A stretch of 63,838 nt of DNA, counting the filler, from Octopus bimaculoides (Eukaryota): the NCBI RefSeq assembly GCF_001194135.2. It is 6 parts of 6 records of this genome, joined end to end, with 100 filler letters (N's around TTAATTAATTAA, not from the genome) between each part and the next. Parts side by side here need not be neighbours in the genome. Positions count along the whole stretch, not along the records: positions 1 to 30,702 come from NC_068984.1; 5 more parts are not named here. One strand, 5' to 3'. Below the pieces are notes generated by a model that saw only the letters and a program-made list of their open reading frames with translations, had not been told where the DNA came from and did no database searches. Every line of letters begins with the position of its first letter. Position 1 is the first letter of the stretch. Positions 1-11,633 of the stretch are shown in pieces. The translations under genes and the position numbers were made by a program.

Positions 1-59
1 ATATATATATATATAATTCGCTTCTAATTATCGTATTCAATTTGGTATAAGATCGATTT

Positions 60-1860
60 GGAAGAGCGGACAGACTGGTTACTGCAGCAATCGAAAGGAA
101 ACTTAGCAGAAGAGAGGAGAGATCAAGACCTTCAATAAGCAGTATAAGAGGGCCTTCACTGATGAAAGAAAAGGCATCAGGGTCCCTACAAGTCAGCCCT
201 GTAAATGCATGAGAAGGCTTAGAAGGGTAGAAAGCACCCAGAAGCGGAGGAAAGAGAGGGAGTCCAAACGAGAGTAATTTGTCAAGAACCATTTTAGGTT
301 CTCTCGAACGGTGTTGGGAAACTAAATCAGGAAAATTGACCAACTCCAAAGAAGAGGTAAAAGCATTTTTGAGGGAGACTCACAATGATGACCTCAGAAA
401 CGAAGCCCTTGATGATAACCCAAATGTCGGTAGAGCTGAAATACCAGTAAATAAATTTCACCTCAGCTGTCCATCCTGGAAAGAAGTGGAACAAGTGATA
501 AAAAAGGCCAAATCAGGATCAGATTCTGGCCCAAAGTATGCAAGAAATGGCCGTGGCTCCTTCGGTGGCTGCGGACGCTCTTCCGAAAGATCTGGATAAA
601 TGGTAACATCCCATCACGCTCGAAGAAGGCGGAAGGATATATTGTGCCAAAGGAAGAAATCTCCACAGCCGTTAGGACTATCTCCCTCCTGAGTGTTGAG
701 GGTAAGATCTTCTTTTCTGTACAGGCCAAAAGATGACATGATGCATGACTGATCCAGAACGGTGGGGTTCCGGGTTTCTCAAGATGTCTGGAACACACTG
801 GAATTCTCAGCTAGTTGATTCAAGAGGCTAAGAGAAGTAAAGGTGACTTTACAGTGGTTAGACTGGATCTATAAAATGCATACGGATCAATTCCTCATAC
901 CCCCATATATGCAGCCCTTGACTGCTATCATATTTCCCCTCATATCAAGGGAATAACCTGCAGTTAATTTGGAGCATCCAGTTACGTTTCAGAACAATTC
1001 ATTTCATTTTACAACTCGGCGTCAAAACCTTGCGGAAGGAATCATAACTGGGTGCACGATTTCCCCCATTCTTTTTATCATGGGTATGAATCTCCTCATA
1101 TCAACTGCTGATAGAGAATCCCAAGGACCAATAATGGAATCAGGCACCTGTCAGCACCCAATGAGGGGATTTATGGATAATATTATAACAAGTGCAAACC
1201 ATGTGGATGCAGAAAGAGTGCTGACGTCACTAGAACACATGACGACATGAGCAAGTATGACGTTTAAGCCCCCAAAATTGAGGATGGTGATCGGGTGGGG
1301 AGCGAAGTAACCAACAAAATCAGGCTGAAAGTGCAAGGAAAGGCCATACCATCCATAGAGGAAAATCCTATTAAATGCTTTGGAAAGATGTTTCACAAGA
1401 AGCGATGAGGCAGAAACGATGTCACCAACATTGTGAAACAAGCAGAGGAGTGGCTGATGAGGATTGATAGATCAGTGCTTTTAGGAAAGTTCAGGGCATG
1501 GCTCTACCAATACGGACTGCTCCCAAGACACATATAGTTGTTGACGCTGTATGATGTTCCGATGACAAGTTTGGAATGGGTGGAGAGGAAGATAAATAAA
1601 TACCTCCGAAGATGGTTAGGCGCTCCCCCAAGCTCCATTTCAATAGCCTCTTGTTGGATTTGGAGTAAGACAGAAGAGTTAAGCTGGAAGGCAGGAGGAA
1701 ATGAGAAACAGTGACTTGGCCATCTTTGCTGGCCACTAACGGGAGGGTGTTACGGTTCAGGGTCGAAACACCCGATGGACGTTGGATACCGTCTGACGAC
1801 ATCGGGTCTTCTTCACCAAGGCTCCATTCACTTTGGTGAATGGATAAAGCACCTCCATAT
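60..1860 (+). mobile_element. Degenerate HERO-like (restriction-like endonuclease clade) non-LTR retrotransposon, RT region with internal deletion
   Basis: Frameshifted translation gives RTISLLSVEGKIFFS, QNGGVPGFSRCLEHTGILS, LDL*NAYGSIPH, GIITGCTISPILFIMGMNLL, RGFMDNI (YxDD-equivalent) and GKFRAWLYQYGLLPR...YLRRWLG. These match my recollection of HERO-clade RT motifs. Multiple stops and frameshifts; followed by (TA)n. Confidence 0.8.
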
Positions 1861-1865
1861 AGATG

Positions 1866-1917
<52 letters not shown>

Positions 1918-1939
1918 TGATAGATAGATGAGTTCTGTA

Positions 1940-2280
1940 ACACACTGCCTTAATACCAATCTTGAGGAATTAGGCTTCTCAAAACCAGAAAGAAGAAAGC
2001 TAATTCGAAGACTCCAGATCTAATTCATCACTGGAACTGTAAAAATCTGTAAAACTTTCCAGAAGTTTATCATTTAAATATATATGAGCATTTCTAGTTA
2101 TGCAACTATATGCATGAGAATACACACATAAAATATACACATCTGCAATACATACATGCATACATACATACCCTGTTGTTGATGTTGAATTTGCGATGAA
2201 GTAGCCTTGGATCTAGGTTAGAAACCGATTCTTTCTCTATTGGCAAGGTATCTTGAAATAAATTGAATAATGACATACAT
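1940..2280 (+). mobile_element. 3' end (C-terminus plus 3' UTR) of an R4-like REL-endonuclease non-LTR element
   Basis: Translates LNTNLEELGFSKPERRKLIRRLQI*FITGTVKICKTFQKFII*, resembling the C-terminal ...GTxxIxxK.. motif of R4-type elements. The downstream 3' UTR recurs at 16945-17052. Confidence 0.5.
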
Positions 2281-2334
2281 GCTATATATCTATATCAATG
2301 TATCTGTGTGATGTGTGAGTGTGAGTGTGTGTTG

Positions 2335-2920
2335 ATGAATGGTTTGGAAATATAGCTTTCAGTGTAGATATTACAGGCCATTGGAATTATTTGAATACAA
2401 AGATGCAAGACCACAAGAAATTGGCACCAGATATATATTTACCCTATTTGTGGCTTTAAGAGAAACTTATTTGAACTTCCACTATTACATGGCTACAAGA
2501 CCCACTTTTGAGCTCGAAAGTCTTTGCGAAACTCACACATATAGGTGTTTCGTACCGATATCAGCTCCAAAATGTATTCCATTAAGATTTGTACGTTAAT
2601 GAATAAATTTTTAACATTGATTGAGCTCTTGTGTAATTTTGTAGTAAGGAATAAACTTCCAAGTGTCTGTCTGAACATCTTAGATAAAATTATTTTTGGA
2701 TGAATTATTTGCCTTCAAAGATTATATCAATGTTTGGTAGTACACCTGTACCAATAAACAATTATTTTCTGTGATGAACTACCACAAAACTCAAATCTGG
2801 CTTACCGAATTGAGATTTATGGTATACGTCTCATTCCAATACTAAAAGTAGCTACAGTTCAGTCTTTGCCGAGAAAACTGCATATGCTGGTCAATACATG
2901 TCATGTACCAGGGACAATAC
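2335..2920 (+). mobile_element. hAT (Charlie/SPIN, GTF2IRD2-like) transposase relic
   Basis: Frames give DEWFGNIAFSVDITGHWNYLNTKMQ (cf. WxxDLAFLxDITxHLNxLNxxLQG) and KIISMFGST...KQLFSVMNYHKTQ (cf. hAT C-terminal dimerisation motif SMFGSTYxCEQLFSxM). Frameshifted. Confidence 0.75.
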
Positions 2921-3674
2921 TATACAATGCATAACTGATTAATTGAGATAAATAAACAGTTATTTTGTTTGCTTCTCTGATTATGGGGTTTTGAGTTATT
3001 CATATGCCTACATAAGTAGAATAAGTCCACATTTCTTATATTACTCAAACAGTAGTTATTTTATGTTCGCATAGAGAATGAGTCTCACGCTTCTATAGTA
3101 AACTAATGTAAGTACTGAGCCCAATATTCTCTCCCTCTCTCTCACACACACGCATACACATACACACACACACATATGTGTGCGTGTTTCAGTATGCATA
3201 TATATATATGAATATGCATGCATGCACACACACACACACACACACACACNNNNNNNNNNNNNNNNNNNNNNNNNNNNNNNNNNNNNNNNNNNNNNNNNNN
3301 NNNNNNNNNNNNNNNNNNNNNNNNNNNNNNNNNNNNNNNNNNNNNNNNNNNNNNNNNNNNNNNNNNNNNNNNNNNNNNNNNNNNNNNNNNNNNNNNNNNN
3401 NNNNNNNNNNNNNNNNNNNNNNNNNNNNNNNNNNNNNNNNNNNNNNNNNNNNNNNNNNNNNNNNNNNNNNNNNNNNNNNNNNNNNNNNNNNNNNNNNNNN
3501 NNNNNNNNNNNNNNNNNNNNNNNNNNNNNNNNNNNNNNNNNNNNNNNNNNNNNNNNNNNNNNNNNNNNNNNNNNNNNNNNNNNNNNNNNNNNNNNNNNNN
3601 NNNNNNNNNNNNNNNNNNNNNNNNNNNNNNNNNNNNNNNNNNNNNNTGTGTGTGTGTCTGTGTGTGTTTGTATG

Positions 3675-3967
3675 CGTGAACGACGAGGGTTCCAGGTCAT
3701 CCGATCGATAGAGTATCCTGCTCGTAAAATTTACGTGCAAGTGGCTGAGTACTCCACAGACACCTATATTATTAACGTACTTCAGACGCAGATTCATTCA
3801 GTGTGACGCAGAATGTGCCAAGGCTGGCCCTTTGAAATACTGCTACTACTCATTTTTGCCAGAAGAGTGAACTGGGGCAACGTGAAACAAAGTGTCTTAC
3901 TCAAGGAAACAACACGTTAACCGGAAATAAACTAAGACCTTACGATTGTGAGCAGAATACCCTACCT
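3675..3967 (-). mobile_element. tRNA-derived SINE (degenerate)
   Basis: Minus strand starts with a tRNA-like head and contains CCTTGAGTAAGACAC, a central motif related to other SINEs in the window. It ends in GGAACCCTCGTC next to a (CA)n tract. Confidence 0.5.
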
Positions 3968-4082
3968 ATTAAGTCCTATGTATGAATGTATGTATGTATG
4001 TATGTATGTATGTATGTGTGTGTATGTATGTATGTGTGTATGTATATAGATAGATAGATAGATGCATACAAACATACTCACA

Positions 4083-4116
<34 letters not shown>

Positions 4117-4156
4117 CATACATACATACACACACATACATACATACATACATACA

Positions 4157-4188
<32 letters not shown>

Positions 4189-4824
4189 CATGTGTATATG
4201 TATGTATATTCAGTATTGATCACAATCTGTTATGCTATGTAAAATAAAGAGTTCAATGTTAATAGTCAAATAATATATAAATAAAAATTACTTGGAAACA
4301 TTTTCATTCCATATTGTGTTTGGCTTGCTAATTACATAAAGTTACTTTAGATTCCAACTTCAATTCAAAAACAACAAAGTGAAACGTTCCAAACAGGAAA
4401 ATTATTGTCCTGTTTCGCTGGCGAGAGAGTACAAGTATTCTGCTTTCCAACTGATTGTCATAAACAGTGAGTATATCAATCGTTCTCCTGGTTGACTGTT
4501 GTTGAACTGCAACTGAATATTGGATTACGTACTTCCGCTTCATAAACCACACACATTCAGTGGTGTAGTCACATAATTAACTGATATTTATGAAATGAAA
4601 ATTTGTGCGAATGAACCTCACTTAAATACGGTGATGTTTTAAAGTATATTTCATTTGTCGAGCAGAAAAGTTTATAAAACTCTCATGAAAACTTCATAAT
4701 ACATCATCTGTGTATGTATTTGCATACATAAATCCTTTCATTGATATAAAGAAATACGCACACACATAATATACATGCATGCATACATACAAACATAAAT
4801 AATACATACATACATATGCATACA

Positions 4825-4930
<106 letters not shown>

Positions 4931-4949
4931 TGCGCGCGCGTGTTTGTGA

Positions 4950-5225
4950 GTCCACACTCAGAGATCAGCGTAAGATATCTGTCCCGAATGAACGGGATCC
5001 GAACAGTCATCAGGCGTTCGCTGACAGCAGTTGAGACGAGTCTGTGTTGATCCACGAGTTACGTTTTGATGGCAAAGCCAAGTCCATGGATGCGTGGTTC
5101 GTTAGGATTCTTCCCCTTCTAAAAAATGGTGTATTTGGAGCCAGCTTCTTTGATGCTGCCTGAAACAATTTACTCAGTGACTGGCTTCGCTTTTCTGCTA
5201 AAAGAAAAATGCCTAATAACCACAT
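4950..5225 (-). mobile_element. RTE-clade LINE, AP-endonuclease fragment
   Basis: Minus frame SGSIKEAGSKYTIF*KGKNPNEPRIHGLGFAIKT*LVDQ...VSERLMTVRIPFIRDRYLTLIS matches RTE APE motifs (GYTFFWxG...RIHGVGFAIK...ERLMxLRxPL...TLISAYAP). Confidence 0.8.
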
Positions 5226-5888
5226 TCATTCAATCAATCAATTTATAGGCAAGATTAATCACTAACTTTAATAAAAGAAAGAAACACATAAACCAATGAA
5301 CATCGTATCGGTATTAATAGTAAACCTGCAATAACTAAATTATATGCTAAATCGCGACCAATCTTTAAGTCCATACAAATAATAATCCCACCAGTCTTCC
5401 ATGGTTACTACTATAATAAAAGTTAAAGCTTTATAGAAATCTTTCCAAAACAAAACAAACACGATTGCATTTAATTTAACTAATAATTTAATAATGAAGA
5501 GTGAAATACATTATTTTATCATTCAAAAGTAAAGGATAAAACGCTCCACATTCATTAATATATCATCACTACAAGCTATAATATTACATTACCAGTAACT
5601 AATAGAAAAATTAAATTTTATTAAATAGGAACTCATAAAAGTACCTGTAATTAACTATTATTATAAAACCTTGCTATGTTTGAAGAAAATTAAAAGTGCT
5701 TAAAAGATAATAAAACTACAAGTACTAACAGTTTCATGTTTTATCAGGCACGCAGTTCCATCACCAAGAATTTAAAGGACTAACTTAACTATTGATGACG
5801 TAGTGCGTAATTACAACTTCCTCAATAGTCTCAAACAATATTGGTAACGTAGTAAGCAAATAACTCGAATCGTAAACATTCCAAATCC

Positions 5889-6323
5889 TTAGAAATATTT
5901 GCTAAGTTGAAGGCTAGATATTACCCCAAATTTATTTGAAATTTCAAGTTTCCCACTTAATCAGCGACTAAAAGCTTTAACCAATTTACCGTATTTATAC
6001 TCTTGTTTTACTAAAAGTCTTAGTTTATTTATTTTTTCCCAAAATTTATTAGCATTATCAATAATAGTACTGTATCTAACAATTTGCCCTTCAAAAACAC
6101 CATAACCAATAAAAGAAGGAATGTTAGTACTGAACCATGGCATTGAAGCCACTTGGAAACCAAAATCTTCTGTTTTATTATAAATGTCAGTACATATTTC
6201 GTTATTATCCTTTGGCACCTAAATAGTTAATATTTCTTATATTGTTACCATTTCTGGTGGCTTTAAGCTCACTAGGGTATATTTTTCTTAATAAAAATTC
6301 AGAGAAACCACAATTAGGTATAT
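5889..6323 (-). mobile_element. Penelope-like element RT C-terminal fragment, Naiad-like (RT at the ORF end, no downstream GIY-YIG seen)
   Basis: IPNCGFSEFLLRKIYPSELKATRNG...NINYLG, a frameshift, then DIYNKTEDFGFQVASMPWFSTNIPSFIGYGVFEGQIVRY...KQEYKYGKLVKAFSR*LSGKLEISNKFGVISSLQLSKYF* (final TAA 5891-5889). Matches IYPxEL and LYDKRDDFxF...SNIP...YGVxxSQLxRY PLE motifs. The 5' part runs into a gap. Confidence 0.8.
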
Positions 6324-6620
6324 NNNNNNNNNNNNNNNNNNNNNNNNNNNNNNNNNNNNNNNNNNNNNNNNNNNNNNNNNNNNNNNNNNNNNNNNNNNNN
6401 NNNNNNNNNNNNNNNNNNNNNNNNNNNNNNNNNNNNNNNNNNNNNNNNNNNNNNNNNNNNNNNNNNNNNNNNNNNNNNNNNNNNNNNNNNNNNNNNNNNN
6501 NNNNNNNNNNNNNNNNNNNNNNNNNNNNNNNNGATTTTTCCCTATTACCTCATCCATATTCTCCCTTATTTTATTTTATTTCATTTTACTTTATTAAACC
6601 TTTCTGATATTCTTCCAAAA

Positions 6621-6732
6621 ATTCCTCACACTGATGAGAATGGCAATGCATAAATTTAATCATAATTGCTATGATTATAATTTATTTCTTACATATTTGT
6701 ATTGTCTTTCGAAACGTGCGTATGTATTGAAT
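6621..6732 (+). ncRNA. Type-I hammerhead ribozyme motif with long stem II
   Basis: CTGATGA 6631-6637; stem II 6638-6710 closed by GAA/TTC, about 13 of the first 15 positions pair, inner hairpin AATCATA-ATTGC-TATGATT; GAAA 6711-6714; stem III ACG-TG-CGT; GUA triplet ending 6722; stem I ACA/TGT plus ATTC/GAAT. Confidence 0.7.
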
Positions 6733-6968
6733 CTAATTTTTGTATTGAACCTAATTTTGATTCAACATCTTTTTTTCCTCCATTTTTTAAATACTTGTTT
6801 ATGGTATATTTATACCTATAACGAAATTTTCAACTATTATTTTCATATTCTTATTACTTGCTCTGGCTGATTTTTATGAATATGATGAATCTATTTGAAT
6901 CTTTTTTCCTCTATTGTTGGATCTCTCAAAAAGTTTGAATTGTTCTTTTTGAACTTATTTTTTCTTAC

Positions 6969-7011
<43 letters not shown>

Positions 7012-7273
7012 GTGTGTGTGTGTGTGTGCGGTGTGTGGAATAATTAATATGAAGCACTGTGTAGAATATATTGTATAAAGGATCGTGGGTAAGACCAAAG
7101 CAATGTGAAGTAAATGCAAGATAAATCACAAGAAAAAAATACATGAATTAATATAGAATTACTTTGTTTTCAATATTTCAGGATTATGACTTCATTTTCA
7201 AGAAAATAAACGAATGTTGCCGATATGTGTGTCTGTGAGCGTGTGTAGAGCGGACATGCGCTAAAAGGTTTTG

Positions 7274-7865
7274 CTATAGAAACCAGTTTACTTTCTGTAA
7301 ATCTCTTTTGTTGTTAATCTTCGGTTTCTTTTGGTGTATGAGGATGGGCTCAGAGATTCTAAGGTTGTCCCTGTTCCGCTGTGTTGCCTTGATGTGCACT
7401 GTGAATTCCCGGGTCTGGCATTTCCGTAGATGTTTCTTCATGGAAATATCTGTCTGCATGTGTTCGTTAATCCGTATATGTGATGCGCCACATTTGCACC
7501 AGATGATCTCATATACAATATAAGTCCTTTAGCACAATTCAGGGTCATTGATGGAGAGTTAGATAATGTGCACTCCTTGGAGTAGTGAGAGTTGTTGTTC
7601 TTGGACAGAGCTTTTCTCAAGGAAGGGCCGGTGTCAACTATCAGTATGTCGAGCCCTTCCCTGCGGACTGCGTGTCGTATCTCTGCAGTAGTTTTGTCGT
7701 CAAAGTGTGGTAGCTTTAGGAAGCACGTGCCGGACTTGGGAGTAGGATGGTTCTTCCGGGGTTTATTGAACTTGATGTTTTTTAGGCGCTGTTGTTTAGC
7801 TAAAGATGGCGGGTAGCCATTCAGGTTTAGTTCTCTGAAAAACTACTTGGTGTTGACGGCTTTGT
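7274..7865 (-). mobile_element. Penelope-like element 3' fragment: RT thumb/linker plus C-terminal GIY-YIG endonuclease
   Basis: ELNLNGYPPS...FLKLPHFDD...GPSLRKAL, then IVYEIIWCKCGASHIRI...KHLRKC...LRISEPILIHQKKPKINN. This is the typical NGYP, LP(Y/H) and GIY-YIG layout of canonical EN+ PLEs. Frameshifted and partly deleted. Confidence 0.8.
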
Positions 7866-7888
7866 CAATCTGGACCAACATGCGTCAC

Positions 7889-8290
7889 CATTGAGATGTA
7901 CCTAAGATGTACCTTTGAGCAGTCGAAGTATGCGACGAACATATTTCAACTGACCTAAATTCTGTTCATACCTAAACACTGCTTTGCGCCAATGCTTTGT
8001 TATTTACCTTGATCGGGAGAGCAACTAGTGCAAATTAGTGAACATGACTGAATTATATATAAAACTACAGCTTTATTAAGTTTGTTCAAAGTTGCCTCTC
8101 TTAGGTTTATCTCATTGACAAGAGTCAAAAGAACTGGAAACATCGATGCCTGAGATTCTTAATAGATGGCGACACTGAACGAAATAGGTGTTTTCACACC
8201 TTTTTACCATAAGAGAGGTAACTGCAGTGTATTTGGCTTTTAGCAGTTGAAATGTGTGACAAACAAATTTCAACTAACCTAAATTTTGCT
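7889..8290. repeat. Hairpin-rich dispersed repeat, about 1.2 copies of a 324-bp unit; same family as 62051-62676
   Basis: The GCAGT(C/T)GAA...TTTCAACT(G/A)ACCTAAATT motif occurs at 7919 and 8243. The sequence aligns by eye to the reverse complement of 62060-62420. Confidence 0.75.
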
Positions 8291-8379
8291 CACACACACA
8301 CCAACACACACACACACATATCTATATATATCTACATACATACATACATATACACAGTTTGACCAATCCCATACATACA

Positions 8380-8417
<38 letters not shown>

Positions 8418-8689
8418 TCTACGATTTTCTTGAAGCATTGCAATATTGCAATGTGTACCTTATATATATAGTATAAAAAGCAATGCAGGTGTGTAGCTAA
8501 GCAAAATATGTAAGGTGATGTCACTATTGTATTAATATTGCTATAATTCTTTATATAATCATTATCTCTGAGTTTTGAATATGTTGTAAGGTGTGTCTGT
8601 GCTATCTGTATGTAACATTTCAGGTCATGTTTTAACACAACACACACACACTCACATGCCTGTATAATTGATTTCAAATTTTGGCACAA

Positions 8690-8885
8690 GACCAGCATTT
8701 CCAGTGTACGGTTAAGTCAATTACATCGACTCCCAGTGCCCAACTGATACGTATTTTATCGACCTCGCAAGGATGAGATACAAAGTCGGCCTTGGCGGAA
8801 TTTGAACTCAGAATGTAAAGACGGATGAAATTTCCGCTAAGTATTTTGCCGGATGCGCTCACGATTCTGCCAGCTCGCCACCTTA
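8690..8885 (-). mobile_element. tRNA-derived SINE, family B
   Basis: Minus strand GGTGGCGAGCTGGCAGAATCGT...TTCTGAGTTCAAATTCCGCC has A/B-box-like motifs and GTCGATGTAATTGAC. Homologous to the 42415-43090 copies. Confidence 0.75.
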
Positions 8886-9290
8886 CATGCCTGTGTACTT
8901 GTGTGTTCTATGCGAGCGTGGACACATCTACCAATACATTATTGTGTGTTAGTACTCAGGCAGCCATACTTCAACAACTACATAAAGGGAGTAATAACGA
9001 AATAACGAAGTCAACAACAACATATAAAACGGTTATTTTTACGTTTCTAACAGAAACAATATATTTGTATATTACCTCCAAGACTTCAGTTTGAGAAAAT
9101 AAACTGATAATATTAGAATTCCAGTCACTACCATTAACAAGAATGTCAAAGTAATACTTTGGGGTGTAAATATTTTTGTTGTCATTGCTGCTGTTACTGA
9201 TTTTGTTATTCTTCCAGTTGCTGTAGATTTTGTTGTTATTTTTGTAAATGTATTTGGTGCAATGTAGTTTATTTTCTTTGTGTATCCGTA

Positions 9291-9344
9291 TCTTCTTCTT
9301 CTTCTTCTTCTTCTTCTTCTTCTTCTTCTTCTTCTTCTTCTTCT

Positions 9345-9377
<33 letters not shown>

Positions 9378-10470
9378 TTTCTTCTTCTNNNNNNNNNNNN
9401 NNNNNNNNNNNNNNNNNNNNNNNNNNNNNNNNNNNNNNNNNNNNNNNNNNNNNNNNNNNNNNNNNNNNNNNNNNNNNNNNNNNNNNNNNNNNNNNNNNNN
9501 NNNNNNNNNNNNNNNNNNNNNNNNNNNNNNNNNNNNNNNNNNNNNNNNNNNNNNNNNNNNNNNNNNNNNNNNNNNNNNNNNNNNNNNNNNNNNNNNNNNN
9601 NNNNNNNNNNNNNNNNNNNNNNNNNNNNNNNNNNNNNNNNNNNNNNNNNNNNNNNNNNNNNNNNNNNNNNNNNNNNNNNNNNNNNNNNNNNNNNNNNNNN
9701 NNNNNNNNNNNNNNNNNNNNNNNNNNNNNNNNNNNNNNNNNNNNNNNNNNNNNNNNNNNNNNNNNNNNNNNNNNNNNNNNNNNNNNNNNNNNNNNNNNNN
9801 NNNNNNNNNNNNNNNNNNNNNNNNNNNNNNNNNNNNNNNNNNNNNNNNNNNNNNNNNNNNNNNNNNNNNNNNNNNNNNNNNNNNNNNNNNNNNNNNNNNN
9901 NNNNNNNNNNNNNNNNNNNNNNNNNNNNNNNNNNNNNNNNNNNNNNNNNNNNNNNNNNNNNNNNNNNNNNNNNNNNNNNNNNNNNNNNNNNNNNNNNNNN
10001 NNNNNNNNNNNNNNNNNNNNNNNNNNNNNNNNNNNNNNNNNNNNNNNNNNNNNNNNNNNNNNNNNNNNNNNNNNNNNNNNNNNNNNNNNNNNNNNNNNNN
10101 NNNNNNNNNNNNNNNNNNNNNNNNNNNNNNNNNNNNNNNNNNNNNNNNNNNNNNNNNNNNNNNNNNNNNNNNNNNNNNNNNNNNNNNNNNNNNNNNNNNN
10201 NNNNNNNNNNNNNNNNNNNNNNNNNNNNNNNNNNNNNNNNNNNNNNNNNNNNNNNNNNNNNNNNNNNNNNNNNNNNNNNNNNNNNNNNNNNNNNNNNNNN
10301 NNNNNNNNNNNNNNNNNNNNNNNNNNNNNNNTCTTCTTCTTCTTCTTCTTCTTCTCCTCCTCCTCCTCCTCCTCCTCCTTCTTCTTCTTCTTCTTCTTCT
10401 TCTTCTTCTTCTTCTTCTTCTTCTTCTTTCCTCTTCTTCTTTCTTCTTTCTTATCTGTTCCTTTCTTCCT
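9291..10470. repeat. (CTT)n/(CCT)n microsatellite flanking a 943-N gap
   Basis: Direct sequence; source of the spurious poly-K/poly-L/poly-F ORFs. Confidence 0.95.
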
Positions 10471-10914
10471 TCCTTCTTGCTTCTTCAGTATGTCTAATGT
10501 AAAAAGTGGCAATGCCACTTCTCTAATTTTACATATGGAATTCAGGTATAGTACTTATCATAGTTCTCTTCCTGAAGGCTAGATACTAGTCGTGACGCTG
10601 GTGTCAGTTGTAATTGTGATACTGGGGCACCTGCCAAAGCAACCAGTGTATTTATTGCTTCTGTATTATCTGACAACATTGTTGTTGTTACTGTTGTCAT
10701 TAGTATCTTTCATACCGCTGTTATTGTAGCTGTTCTTGTCCTTATTGTTCACGTTATTACAATTATTATTATTGTGAATTTTACCCTCGTTCCTGGTTTT
10801 GCTATTGCGGCTCACACTGTCTAGTAGCAGTTGTTGTTGTTTTTGGTGATGGTAACGGTGGTGATATGTCGTTTATTTAATTTTTTTTTTTTTGCGCCTT
10901 TTGTCTCTGGTTAT

Positions 10915-11285
10915 TAATAGAATCGTTTAAGCGACTGACAAAAGTTTTGCAGCATTTGTACTAGTGCTTAACATTCCGAGTTGAAATCCCGTTGAGGTAG
11001 ATTTACTTTTTATCCTTTCGGGGTTGATAAATTAAAGTAACAGTCAAATGCAGGAATCGATGATATGGACAAAACCCATTCACTCGAAACTGATGCCTTG
11101 TGCCGAAATTAGAAATGGCGCAAAGGTTGCAGATTGGCAAAGTGGTTGAGTTCAAATCCTGCTGTGATCGACTTTGCCTGTCATCTTTTCGGACGTTGAT
11201 AAAATAAAATACTGAGGTCGATGTAATCAGCTATCTCCCACTATCCACTCAAAGAAAAACTGGTTTTTGCCAAAATTTTAAAGAA
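10915..11285 (+). mobile_element. Two adjacent degenerate family-B SINE copies
   Basis: GAGTTGAAATCCCG...ATCCTTTCGGGGTTGATAAATTAAAGTA and GAGTTCAAATCCTG...CGACTTTGCCTGTCATCTTTTCGG...GGTCGATGTAATC resemble family B. Confidence 0.55.
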
Positions 11286-11358
11286 TTGTTATTATTTTGT
11301 TGTTGCTGTTGCAACAATTTTGTCATTTATAGCACCAGTCCCACCACCAGCATCAACT

Positions 11359-11410
<52 letters not shown>

Positions 11411-11566
11411 CAGCAGCAGCAGCAGCAGCAGCGGCGGCGACTGTAGTGGTGGTATTTTTTGTAGTTTGTGAAACTAATTATTTCATTGGTTGTTGTCAGG
11501 GTCATTATATATGTTATTGTTCTTATTGCTGTCAACATCAACGTTTTCTTTTTTTTACTTTATTAC

Positions 11567-11633
<67 letters not shown>

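Noticed and set aside
5728-5750. Hammerhead-like CCTGATAA-AACAT-GAAAC on the minus strand downstream of the Naiad-like RT
   Set aside because: G8 is missing, no stem II can form, and stem I does not pair.
5230-6320. AT-rich stretch first suspected to be a NUMT
   Set aside because: It translates to PLE RT motifs, and no mitochondrial gene or tRNA pattern was found.
7170-7205. Degenerate hammerhead-like TTGAAAA...CCTGAAA on the minus strand, 3' of the GIY-YIG PLE
   Set aside because: The core is mutated at several positions; at most a decayed pLTR.
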